A stretch of 25,215 nucleotides of DNA from Pseudomonadota bacterium (GCA_041178425.1 JBEGVH010000039.1:1-25215), one strand, 5' to 3'. Counted from the first letter of the stretch, positions 8,272-16,924 are shown. The notes: generated from the sequence alone by a model not told the origin. Made by a program: numbers and translations.

Positions 8272-9825
8272 ATGTTAGACCTTGAACTCAAAGAACAACT
8301 CAAATCGGTTTTCAGTTCCATCGAGAGTTCTATTGAACTTGTTTATCATGACAGTCATCACCCCGACCAAGGGGAACTCTTAGAGATGCTCAATGAAGTG
8401 AGCGAAACCTGCGGTAAGATCTCCGTTCGAAAGCACGAGACTTCGTCGCCCGTCCCCAAATTTTACATTGAGGTCAACAGAAAACCCAACGGTGTTTACT
8501 TTACTGGAATTCCTGGTGGACATGAGTTTACCTCGCTGATCGTGGCCATTCTCAACAGTGATCGAAAGGGAAAGCTACCCGATGAACTCATACAAAACCG
8601 AATCAAGAATATCAAAGGCCCTATCCAAATTAAAACTTTTATCTCTTTGAGCTGCGAAAATTGCCCTGATGTCGTTCAGGCCTTGAATCTGATGGCCATT
8701 CTTCATGGTGATTTTAAACACGAAATGATCGATGGCGCTTATGCTCAAGATGAGATTAAATCACTCAATATTCAGGGTGTTCCAAGTGTTATCGTTAACA
8801 ATCAATTGATTCATTCCGGACGCATTCAATTCTTAGATTTACTCAATAAAATCGAAGAGACGTTTGGAACCTCTGGCGTTCCTAACGTTGACGGATCTCG
8901 CGATCTTGGCCATTTCGAGGTGGTAGTCATAGGTGGAGGTCCTGCGGGATCGGCCGCTGCCATCTACAGTGTGCGCAAGGGTTTAAAAACGGCTCTCCTC
9001 ACAGAAAAAATTGGAGGACAAGTTCAAGATACCAAGGGCATCGAAAATTTTATTTCTGTTGTTTATACAGAAGGCCCACAGCTTTCTAGTCAGCTTCATC
9101 AGCACCTGAGTTCTTATCCCGTAAATATTTTTGAGCATCGCCGAGTAAAGAGCCTTTCAAAACAGTCTCCTTTCAAAATCGAGCTCGAAAGTGGCGAAAG
9201 TCTCACGGCTGAGAATGTCATCGTCACCTCCGGTGCAAAATGGCGAGAACTCGGGGTGCCAGGAGAGAAGGAATATCTGGGCCGCGGAGTTGCCTTTTGC
9301 CCCCATTGTGACGGCCCTTATTACAAAGGCAAGAGCATCGCAGTGATCGGCGGGGGTAACTCTGGCGTAGAGGCCGCCATTGATCTCGCTGGAATTGTTA
9401 AAGATGTGGTACTGATGGAGTACAAAGATCAATTAGGAGCCGACAAAGTATTAGTGGACAAGCTTCATTCTCTGCCTAATGTCCGCGTGATCACAAACGC
9501 AAAAACCCAACAATTAATTGGAGACGGTCAAAAAATTGTAGAACTTGAGTATGTGGATCGTACGAGCGATCAAATGAAAAAGATAACTCTCGACGGTGTT
9601 TTTGTTCAAATTGGCCTCGTACCCAATAGCCAGTTCATCAGAGATGTTGTTGAAACCACCGCCTTCGGTGAAATCGTGGTTGATAACAAGGGCCACACCT
9701 CAGTCAAGGGCATCTATGCCGCTGGCGATGTGACAACTACACCCTATAAACAAATTGTGATTGCCATGGGCGAAGGAGCCAAAGTTGCACTCGCTGTTTT
9801 TGAAGACCGGATGTTAGGACGCTAA
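8272..9825 (+). CDS. ahpF: Alkyl hydroperoxide reductase subunit F
   Basis: GIPGGHEFTSL, N-terminal CENC, FAD-binding GGGPAG, CPHCDG, GGGNSGVEAA and AAGD; GGAGG RBS; follows ahpC. Confidence 0.98.
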   Translation: MLDLELKEQLKSVFSSIESSIELVYHDSHHPDQGELLEMLNEVSETCGKISVRKHETSSPVPKFYIEVNRKPNGVYFTGIPGGHEFTSLIVAILNSDRKGKLPDELIQNRIKNIKGPIQIKTFISLSCENCPDVVQALNLMAILHGDFKHEMIDGAYAQDEIKSLNIQGVPSVIVNNQLIHSGRIQFLDLLNKIEETFGTSGVPNVDGSRDLGHFEVVVIGGGPAGSAAAIYSVRKGLKTALLTEKIGGQVQDTKGIENFISVVYTEGPQLSSQLHQHLSSYPVNIFEHRRVKSLSKQSPFKIELESGESLTAENVIVTSGAKWRELGVPGEKEYLGRGVAFCPHCDGPYYKGKSIAVIGGGNSGVEAAIDLAGIVKDVVLMEYKDQLGADKVLVDKLHSLPNVRVITNAKTQQLIGDGQKIVELEYVDRTSDQMKKITLDGVFVQIGLVPNSQFIRDVVETTAFGEIVVDNKGHTSVKGIYAAGDVTTTPYKQIVIAMGEGAKVALAVFEDRMLGR

Positions 9826-10844
9826 CGCGTTTCCGTAACTTTAGAAAGATTTCTTGGCCTATCGGGATCTAAACCGCGAACCCGCGAAAGCTCTTCGGCC
9901 ATTAAATAAAAGGACTGGACGGCAGTAATAACATCCAATTCTTCAGAATGCGCCGACTGAATCAAGAGATCTTTTTCTTTAACAAATTCAGGGGCCGCCA
10001 AAATAACCTTGGCTCCCTTGTTTTTCATGTCTTTTGCTAAATCGAGAATTGATTGTAAGGCCGGACCTCTTGTTGCAAAAATAACCAAGGGATAATCTTT
10101 TTCGACGAGCGACTGGGGGCCATGCTTGATTTCGGCCGCGCTAAATGCTTCGGCCTGAATGAGACAGGTCTCTTTGAGCTTGAGCGCAGCTTCGAGCGCC
10201 AATGATAATCCATACCCACGCCCCACCATCATTACTCTCTGAGCACCAGCCAGACTATCGATGGCCTTCGTCCAATCGAGTTCTTGAGCCGCCTTTAAAT
10301 CTTCCGGCAACTTCTGAAGGGCCAAATGCATAGCCTCATCTTTTTTCCACGCCGCCACCAGCGAGGCGCTCGCCGCCAACGAGGCAATAAAACTCTTGGT
10401 CGCCGCTACCGATCTTTCAGGACCCGCCCACAAGGGAACAATCCACTCTGACTTTTGTGCGAGAGGTGACTGCACGTTATTAAGAAGAGCCACCGTGGGC
10501 ACACCCTCAGCACGCATAAAAGAGAGCGGATCCACAATATCCGGGCTCTGTCCCGATTGGGAAATTGCAATCCCCACAGATCGCTGAACATCGAGAGGAG
10601 CCTTATACAGGGTAAGCGCTGACATTGATAGCGATGTTGTTAGTTTTCCTAATTTCACCGCCGCTAAAAAACTTAAATAATGAGCGGCGTGATCAGAACT
10701 ACCCCGAGCAATCGTTACCAACGAATAAACATCTTTTATTGAAAGCGCCTGGGCTATTTCTCTTAATACACCCTTATTGGCATTCAACTGCTCCTCAACG
10801 ACTCGCGATGATTCAAGGGCTTCCGTGCGCATAAGAGTGGTCAT
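9822..10844 (-). CDS. SIS-domain glucosamine-6-phosphate deaminase (NagB-II type)
   Basis: GlmS C-terminal-like double SIS domain with no glutaminase domain: ARGSSDHA, ISQSGQSPD, VAATKSF, EAALKLKET, HGP, PRNLSKVT. Overlaps the nagA stop. Confidence 0.88.
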   Translation of the reverse strand: MTTLMRTEALESSRVVEEQLNANKGVLREIAQALSIKDVYSLVTIARGSSDHAAHYLSFLAAVKLGKLTTSLSMSALTLYKAPLDVQRSVGIAISQSGQSPDIVDPLSFMRAEGVPTVALLNNVQSPLAQKSEWIVPLWAGPERSVAATKSFIASLAASASLVAAWKKDEAMHLALQKLPEDLKAAQELDWTKAIDSLAGAQRVMMVGRGYGLSLALEAALKLKETCLIQAEAFSAAEIKHGPQSLVEKDYPLVIFATRGPALQSILDLAKDMKNKGAKVILAAPEFVKEKDLLIQSAHSEELDVITAVQSFYLMAEELSRVRGLDPDRPRNLSKVTETR

Positions 10845-11929
10845 ACCAAAACACCTTCGGAATAAATATTTTCAACGGTTAAATCTTTTCGCAAAACCAA
10901 AAGGTCAGCAAAAAAGCCCTCTCTGATAAGACCGCGATCTTTGAGTTGAAGAAATTGGGCCGGCACCCCTGAAAGACGGTGACTGACCTCCTCCACTTTT
11001 AACCCAAGTTCTACGAGATTTCTTAAAGCTTGCTCCATCGTTAAAGCACTTCCTGCCAGAGTGCCATCGTCGAGCCTCACTCCACCCAAACATTTATAAA
11101 CAGTCTGCGCACCGAGTTGGTAGGCTCCATCGGGCATTCCAGCAGCCGCAGTGGCATCAGTCACAAAATACAGGTTAGGAATTGAGCGAAGAGCTGTTTT
11201 GATGGCTCCTTGATGAACATGGAGAAGATCCGGAATCAACTCTGCAAAATCACCGTGAGCCAATGCGGCTCCCACCATACCCGGCTCACGATGATGGAAT
11301 CCTGACATCGCATTAAATAAGTGGGTAAAACCTTTTGCTCCCTTTTTGAGAGCGGCCACACCTTGTTCATAGGTTCCATTGGTGTGACCAATTTGCACGA
11401 TCATTCCCAATGAATTGATGTAAGAAATTAAATCAATATTCTCAAAAGCCTCAGGGGCAAGCGTGATCACTTTAATGGGAACAATATCATTCAGTAATCG
11501 AATTTCATCAAGAGCGGCCTTGCGAACGAAATCAGGCTGTGCTCCTAATTTTTGGTGACTAATATAGGGCCCTTCAAGATGAACCCCGAGAATTCTTGAA
11601 CCCTGAGGTGATTTTTCTAGATAAAAGGGCTTGAGGGCCAAAAATGCAGCCTCGAGCTCTGCAAACGGAGCAGTCATAGTGGTGGCTAATAAACTGGTGG
11701 TGCCAAACATCGCATGTGTTTTGGTGACCGCGGCCGCAGCGATTCCACCTTCCATAATATCAGCTCCGCCGCCGCCATGAACATGGAGGTCAATAAAACC
11801 GGGAATAATCGACGGCAACTGACTTTGAGGTTTTCCCTTTTTCACGAGAGTTTGAATTTTTTCTGAAAACTCAATTTCAGCCTCGTAAAATTCACCCTCG
11901 ATAAGAATATTTCCGTGAAGTTTGGTCAT
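10841..11929 (-). CDS. nagA: N-acetylglucosamine-6-phosphate deacetylase
   Basis: PGFIDLHVHG, HLEGPY, TLAPE, GHT, THLFNAM, VTDA and LAGS motifs. Confidence 0.97.
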   Translation of the reverse strand: MTKLHGNILIEGEFYEAEIEFSEKIQTLVKKGKPQSQLPSIIPGFIDLHVHGGGGADIMEGGIAAAAVTKTHAMFGTTSLLATTMTAPFAELEAAFLALKPFYLEKSPQGSRILGVHLEGPYISHQKLGAQPDFVRKAALDEIRLLNDIVPIKVITLAPEAFENIDLISYINSLGMIVQIGHTNGTYEQGVAALKKGAKGFTHLFNAMSGFHHREPGMVGAALAHGDFAELIPDLLHVHQGAIKTALRSIPNLYFVTDATAAAGMPDGAYQLGAQTVYKCLGGVRLDDGTLAGSALTMEQALRNLVELGLKVEEVSHRLSGVPAQFLQLKDRGLIREGFFADLLVLRKDLTVENIYSEGVLV

Positions 11930-12807
11930 GATTTTATTTTTTGTGAAATAAGATAAAGTGCGCCCATCGTTGAATCTCCTCGCGCCGACTGATGACGCTG
12001 CTTAAGTTCTGGCGGCAAAAATGGAATTAACGCTTCACCTAATCGCCCGCAGATTGAGAGCGGTAGCTCTGCACTGGGATCAAGAGCATGAACCATTAAA
12101 GCAATTTCTTTTCCTGCATCAACGAGTAGATCATAGGCCTCTCGATCATTGCTGGCATTTTCAAAAATGAGGGGAGCTAGTGCGGCAAAGTGAGTCTGTT
12201 TTGCATTTCCAAGCCAATACAAAAATTCTTCGGCGGAACGTCCACAAAGATTTTTAATCCCCTCCGTGAGGGCAGTGGGTTGTTTTCGCCCATCGAATGT
12301 TTTTTGAGCGAGAGCGGCGGCTTTCATACCCAGCCAAGACCCACTGGCTTCATCACCTGACGGAAAACCCCAACCAGAAACACTCTTGCGTCGTCCTTGT
12401 TGATCGAGAACCATTCCAACACTGCCAGTACCCAGAGCAGCAATAACCCCTGGCGCCCCGCTATGGGCACCGATTAACGTGGTATACCCATCGGTATCAA
12501 CGACAATCTCTTTGAAGCCAGGGTTTCTTAAATAAAATTCGTTTTTCCAAAGAATATTATTGGCGCCAGACAAACCAAAGCCAATCGCGCACTCCGACAG
12601 CATTGGAACGTTCATATTTTCATCGGCAAAGGCTTGGGCGATAGTTTTCATCGTTGCCTTCCAAGCCTTATCCACCCCAAGACTCAATGCTGAAGGCTCA
12701 CCCTCTGCCGAAGCAATAATTTCCAGGGAGTTATCTCGAGCCACGATCACTCGAGTTCCGCTCCCCCCGCCATCAACACCAATAAGAAACTTAATCGCTG
12801 ACTTCAT
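11926..12807 (-). CDS. BadF/BadG/BcrA/BcrD-family sugar kinase, probable N-acetylglucosamine kinase (NagK-II type)
   Basis: GVDGGGSGTR, GLSG, LGTGS and GWGFPSGDEASGSWLG. First gene of the operon with nagA and nagB-II (4-bp overlaps). ATG 12807 preferred over TTG 12831, but the start is uncertain. Confidence 0.85.
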   Translation of the reverse strand: MKSAIKFLIGVDGGGSGTRVIVARDNSLEIIASAEGEPSALSLGVDKAWKATMKTIAQAFADENMNVPMLSECAIGFGLSGANNILWKNEFYLRNPGFKEIVVDTDGYTTLIGAHSGAPGVIAALGTGSVGMVLDQQGRRKSVSGWGFPSGDEASGSWLGMKAAALAQKTFDGRKQPTALTEGIKNLCGRSAEEFLYWLGNAKQTHFAALAPLIFENASNDREAYDLLVDAGKEIALMVHALDPSAELPLSICGRLGEALIPFLPPELKQRHQSARGDSTMGALYLISQKIKS

Positions 12808-12977
12808 AAATTTATGGTAGTTTTTCAACAAAGTGGAGTCAACAAACTCAAATCAACAAAATGACTTTGAAGAACCAAAGTCAGCAATCTAAATTTTTAT
12901 TATTTAATTAAGATATCTCCCTTTGCCATCCTAAAAAGGTCTCGTCTATCCATTGAGCTATAGACAAGGAGATTCTT

Positions 12978-14327
12978 ATGACAACCACAACAAATAGACT
13001 AACCCTATCGACTCTTTCGTTGTTTCTCATGGGTTCTTTGATTGCCTCAACACCCTTGATCAGTTCGGCCACATCGAGGGACGCCGACCCTGAACAAATC
13101 GATCTCTCTCTTTTTGAGCGAAACACAAAAAACATCTGGGCCCTGGTAGCGACAGAACCCGTCGAACTCAAATTACAAATGGGCGGCCAAAGCCAAACAG
13201 TTCGCGGCCAAACAAGCTTCAACTTAGAGACCTCGCCAGAACTTCTCAAAACGGGATACTTAAGGGTCGTTGATCTTAATTTGTCTCTCTTTCGAGTGAA
13301 CCAAACGCATCTGTCGAGTCATCGTTCCACAAACAAGGCAGAAGGAATTTTAGGATTTAGTATCCTCAATAAATTAGAATCAAAGGCCCTTTTAAAATAT
13401 GACCCACAAACACTTTCAATGAAGGGCCAAATTGGGGTGAACATGAACTTTCCACAAATCGATGAAATTGCACCGCCAAAAGGACGCGAGGATGACTTCT
13501 TTGTAAGCGCCAGGGTCCCAGCTCATATTGATCTTGAATTAAAACTCGATCAACCACTCGAAAAACTCCTTCTTCAAGATCCTCAGAAGCTAAGATATTC
13601 GGCCCGGTTCAATGTTCTCTTTAGAGGTTCCTCTCTCGGAGCCGCCAAACTCCACCCTCTTCAGGCTGAGTTCATGCTTCCGCAAAAGCAGGCAGAGCTG
13701 GCTCCACTCTTGAAATTTGAAGTGGCTCGCCGACTTTGCCTTCAACCGGTTCGCATCAAAGCTTCAACAACAGATATGGCAGCAACGGGAATGGGCTTAC
13801 CCTTCGGGCTCCCAGGCGCCAAGACTCAGTGGTCAAAAGCTGACATCAACTTCGAGGTGCGTGCGTGGAAAACCGTTGTGAACTCAGCCCTCAAGATTGT
13901 TGATAATGCCGCAGAAGAAACACTCATCCGAAACTCCGTGCAAGATGATGACTGCATTGAAGTGTTTTTTGTAGAGAACTTTAATCCCCCAGGAACCCAT
14001 GGTGGTGGAGCAACGTGGGCCTCAGGCACAGCGAGCGCTCAGATTATTTCAAGCGATGGTAACGCCACCGGAGGAGTCGATTTTACTCACCTTGCCCACG
14101 AGCTAGGACACGTCTTGGCTCTTGGCCACCCAAGCGGAAGCCCCGGACTTGTGTCAGGCAACACCGGAACGCTGATGTGTCCGAGCGGCTGGCACAACGA
14201 TAATCCTGCCAAAAATAGCCAGGGAAACAAAGATCACTCCGGGAATCCACTCCTTCGCCTTTCGATCAAACTACGCTCAGCAGGACCTGATTGCAATAGC
14301 AATGGAGATTGCGGTCCTTGCACTTAA
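12978..14327 (+). CDS. Secreted metzincin-type zinc metalloprotease with an uncharacterised N-terminal domain
   Basis: Signal-peptide-like N-terminus and AAGGAG RBS. HELGHVLALGH at 14097-14129, then a Met-turn-like TLMCP and a Cys-rich tail. Confidence 0.75.
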   Translation: MTTTTNRLTLSTLSLFLMGSLIASTPLISSATSRDADPEQIDLSLFERNTKNIWALVATEPVELKLQMGGQSQTVRGQTSFNLETSPELLKTGYLRVVDLNLSLFRVNQTHLSSHRSTNKAEGILGFSILNKLESKALLKYDPQTLSMKGQIGVNMNFPQIDEIAPPKGREDDFFVSARVPAHIDLELKLDQPLEKLLLQDPQKLRYSARFNVLFRGSSLGAAKLHPLQAEFMLPQKQAELAPLLKFEVARRLCLQPVRIKASTTDMAATGMGLPFGLPGAKTQWSKADINFEVRAWKTVVNSALKIVDNAAEETLIRNSVQDDDCIEVFFVENFNPPGTHGGGATWASGTASAQIISSDGNATGGVDFTHLAHELGHVLALGHPSGSPGLVSGNTGTLMCPSGWHNDNPAKNSQGNKDHSGNPLLRLSIKLRSAGPDCNSNGDCGPCT

Positions 14328-14355
14328 ATATATTTAGTTTTAAATTTTTTTTGTC

Positions 14356-14386
14356 AGCGGAGGGGCCATTGCCCCTCCGCTATTTT
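14356..14386 (+). terminator. Probable intrinsic terminator after the metalloprotease
   Basis: AGCGGAGGGGC-catt-GCCCCTCCGCT forms an 11-bp perfect stem followed by ATTTT, between convergent genes. Confidence 0.7.
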
Positions 14387-14500
14387 AGAAGCTATTAGAA
14401 GTGTTCGCTCGCGAAACCATTGCTTGGAGTTAATGAATCTCCCGCCAACTAAAGATTAACAGAACAAAATCATAAGACCTAAATTTATTTTTTTGAATCA

Positions 14501-15046
14501 CTAAATTTGAGACTTAGAGAGAATAATTCTTGATCCCTCGAGCAAGGATTCGACTTTAAAATGGGGATCGGGGTGTTGCCCCTGGTTATCACCTGCGCCC
14601 ACCAGAAACGTCGTGCAACCGGCTTTTATACCCGCTGATATGTCTCCAAACCGATCACCAACCATAAAGGACTGACCGAGATCAATTCCCCAGCGCTCAG
14701 CCGCCTGTAAGAGCATTCCCGGCAGCGGTTTTCGGCAATGGCACTGATCAACATCGGTATGAAAACAGATCTCAATATCATCGATAGGTAGCAATTCACG
14801 TATTCGGGCATTGATCAGATCAACACTCTCAATGGTAGTCCAACCTCTTGACACATCCGGTTGATTTGTTACCACAATCAACAAATAGGAGGCGTCTTTG
14901 AGGTTGCGACAAGCTTCTTCGACCCCTGGATAGAGGGCAAACTCTTCGAGCGAATATGGGGCTTGCGCTTTACCGTTACGAATAATTAATTGATTGATCA
15001 CACCATCACGATCAAGAAAGACTGCTTTTTTTTTAATACTTTGCAT
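14501..15046 (-). CDS. HAD-IIIA phosphatase, D-glycero-D-manno-heptose 1,7-bisphosphate phosphatase (GmhB)-like
   Basis: FLDRDGVIN, VVTNQ, zinc-binding CFH-x5-CHCRKP and FMVGD motifs. Confidence 0.85.
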   Translation of the reverse strand: MQSIKKKAVFLDRDGVINQLIIRNGKAQAPYSLEEFALYPGVEEACRNLKDASYLLIVVTNQPDVSRGWTTIESVDLINARIRELLPIDDIEICFHTDVDQCHCRKPLPGMLLQAAERWGIDLGQSFMVGDRFGDISAGIKAGCTTFLVGAGDNQGQHPDPHFKVESLLEGSRIILSKSQI

Positions 15047-15091
15047 TGTCGTAAGCTACCACGTGTCTTGCCAACCCTCAACCCTCTAAGT

Positions 15092-16588
15092 TTATGGACG
15101 ACTCCATACCATCACGTTCTGAGATCCGCTATAAATCCGAAGATGAGGCGCTTGATCTGACAACTCAAATCGAGACGCACCCACTGTGTGAGAAGCAGCC
15201 AGTGGCTTTCCGTCAGCTTGATAAATGACTAAATTTCCATCGCCTTGAAAAACCACATGACATGGTTTTACCTGGCATCGAGCCACGGTGTTCGACGCCC
15301 ACAAAGCGTAGCTATCGGACTTTCGATAGAGAACGAGATTGCCATCGGCTTGCATGATAAAAAGAAGACTTCCGGTCTCGATGGACTGATTCGGATTTAA
15401 CACAAGGCCATTTCCTGAAAATTGGAGCAAGCCAGACTGAGCGGTAGCAGAGGGAGGAGTCGGATTGGCTACCGGTGCCGGAGCCACAGGGGCAGAGGGC
15501 GGATTTACCACAGGCACAGGAACCACTGGCGCCGACGCCACTGGTGCTGGATTTACTATTGGGGTTGGAACAACTGGATTGGGAGCCTGTTGAGGGATCA
15601 ACTCATTCGCTTTCTTATATTGGGCTCCCACGGCTGCCACTCTTTTTCTTAAATAGCCTAGTCGATTCAGGCCCGGAAACAATTTTCCTGTCGGAGCTCC
15701 AGCCGAGTTTCGTTGAGGCAGATCTTGGTAAATAAAATTGATCATTCCAATCACACGAGATTGGGCGTTTGCCAACTCCACGTATTTATTGAAAAGTTGA
15801 ATCATCTTTAATTCTTCTACTTCATCGGGATCTCCAAGACTCCATTTCCATGTGTCTGGAACGAGGATGATACGTTGATTGGGATTTCTTAATTTTGTTT
15901 TTAGTTTTCCATAGATTTCAGGAACTGAATGCCCCCCGCAGTTCTCCCAGCAATCGTAGACATCAAAGCCAATCCAATCAAAATTATGAGGAACAATATA
16001 TCCATCCCATTGATCACCTCCCAAAATGAGGGCAATGGGCACGTTAGGGAAGGTCGTCTTTATTACGCCACCAATACGTTCGAGGGTTAGCACCCGTTCC
16101 TGTTTATTTTGGCCGGCCGATCTTTTTTTATTGAATGGTTCATCGATGGGATAGAACGCAACAATGGTTCCGTCATCGACGTAGGGTTTCATTGTTGGTG
16201 CAAAGGCATTCCAACGGTCTTGGTGATCTGGTAGCAAATTAAACTCTTCATCGAAAAAAACTTTCTGAACATCGATGACCGCTTTTAGATTATGCTTTTT
16301 AGCATTTTCAATGCGTGCCAACTCTTGCCCACTGGCGCTTGCAATCCATGAAATATTTGAAAATCCGGCGATTTTTTGAGAAACATCTTCCAATCCATCC
16401 ATCGCACTCGCATAAAAACCAAAATACTTTATATGAGGAGCAACTACCTGGCGTGTAGAAAGCGAACTAAAATCGCCTGCCCCTGGATCAAGTTTAAAAC
16501 CTTGACCACAGGCGCCTAGAGAGAGCGCCAGTATCATCAGTAAGCCTTTTGAAAAAACACCTTTTGACAGAGTCTTCTTAAATCCCAT
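15092..16588 (-). CDS. Lipoprotein with a TIM-barrel glycoside-hydrolase-like domain, Pro/Val/Ala linker and C-terminal bulb-type (B-) lectin domain
   Basis: Lipobox LGA-C. FYPIDEP and DWIGFDVY motifs, a low-complexity PVVP/PAP linker, and two QxDxNxVxY motifs (QADGNLVLY, QGDGNLVIY). GAGGTGG RBS. Confidence 0.75.
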   Translation of the reverse strand: MGFKKTLSKGVFSKGLLMILALSLGACGQGFKLDPGAGDFSSLSTRQVVAPHIKYFGFYASAMDGLEDVSQKIAGFSNISWIASASGQELARIENAKKHNLKAVIDVQKVFFDEEFNLLPDHQDRWNAFAPTMKPYVDDGTIVAFYPIDEPFNKKRSAGQNKQERVLTLERIGGVIKTTFPNVPIALILGGDQWDGYIVPHNFDWIGFDVYDCWENCGGHSVPEIYGKLKTKLRNPNQRIILVPDTWKWSLGDPDEVEELKMIQLFNKYVELANAQSRVIGMINFIYQDLPQRNSAGAPTGKLFPGLNRLGYLRKRVAAVGAQYKKANELIPQQAPNPVVPTPIVNPAPVASAPVVPVPVVNPPSAPVAPAPVANPTPPSATAQSGLLQFSGNGLVLNPNQSIETGSLLFIMQADGNLVLYRKSDSYALWASNTVARCQVKPCHVVFQGDGNLVIYQADGKPLAASHTVGASRFELSDQAPHLRIYSGSQNVMVWSRP

Positions 16589-16616
16589 AACACCACCTCG
16601 TGTTAATGGATGTCAG

Positions 16617-16632
16617 TGCAACTCATAGGCCA
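16617..16632 (-). promoter_or_regulatory. Sigma54 (-24/-12) promoter candidate
   Basis: Minus strand reads TGGCctatgagTTGCA (GG-N10-GC), ending 28 bp before the ATG of the hydrolase/lectin gene. Confidence 0.65.
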
Positions 16633-16755
16633 ATTATTGTTACTGAATGTATTCCTTTGAGACACCCAATAACTTCAATTTGGTAAAAAGTGTTCCCTCC
16701 AAAACCCTGTGACACTTTCGCGTTTGCAGCTGTTTAAGAATTTAACACGTTCGAA

Positions 16756-16913
16756 CGCTTCAACGCGCCCCTGTTCCGATAGCGCGGAACAATGATGGCT
16801 CCGACGAGCTGGAAGCGTTGGCCGGGCCCCAGCGGGGCCGGCCACGTCGGCGGAGGCCAAGGATTGGCCGCCCCGAATTTTCCGCGCTATCGGAACAGGG
16901 GCGCGTTGAAGCG
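16756..16913. repeat. GC-rich structured element with 34-bp perfect terminal inverted repeats and nested hairpins (REPIN/MITE-like or structured RNA)
   Basis: 16756-16789 CGCTTCAACGCGCCCCTGTTCCGATAGCGCGGAA is the exact reverse complement of 16880-16913. Inner stems are CCGACG/CGTCGG, TGGCCGGGCCCC/GGGGCCGGCCA and GGCC-aaggatt-GGCC. Confidence 0.85.
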
Positions 16914-16924
16914 CCACCTCTCCT

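Noticed and set aside
9822..10844. glmS call for the SIS protein
   Set aside because: It lacks the N-terminal glutaminase domain, and its operon context indicates a catabolic deaminase.
15092..15420. LlpA/LlpB lectin-like bacteriocin call
   Set aside because: The B-lectin is a single C-terminal module on a lipid-anchored enzyme-like protein, not a standalone lectin bacteriocin.
15422..15735. Arg/His/Trp-rich and Pro/Leu-rich plus-strand ORFs
   Set aside because: Antisense shadows of the Pro/Val/Ala linker of the lectin lipoprotein.
16756..16913. Possible tRNA, SRP, tmRNA, 6S RNA or CRISPR identity for the folded element
   Set aside because: No T-loop, SRP tetraloop motif, tag reading frame or repeat-spacer periodicity. 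A 34-bp perfect stem is atypical of 6S RNA, though only an Rfam search can exclude it.
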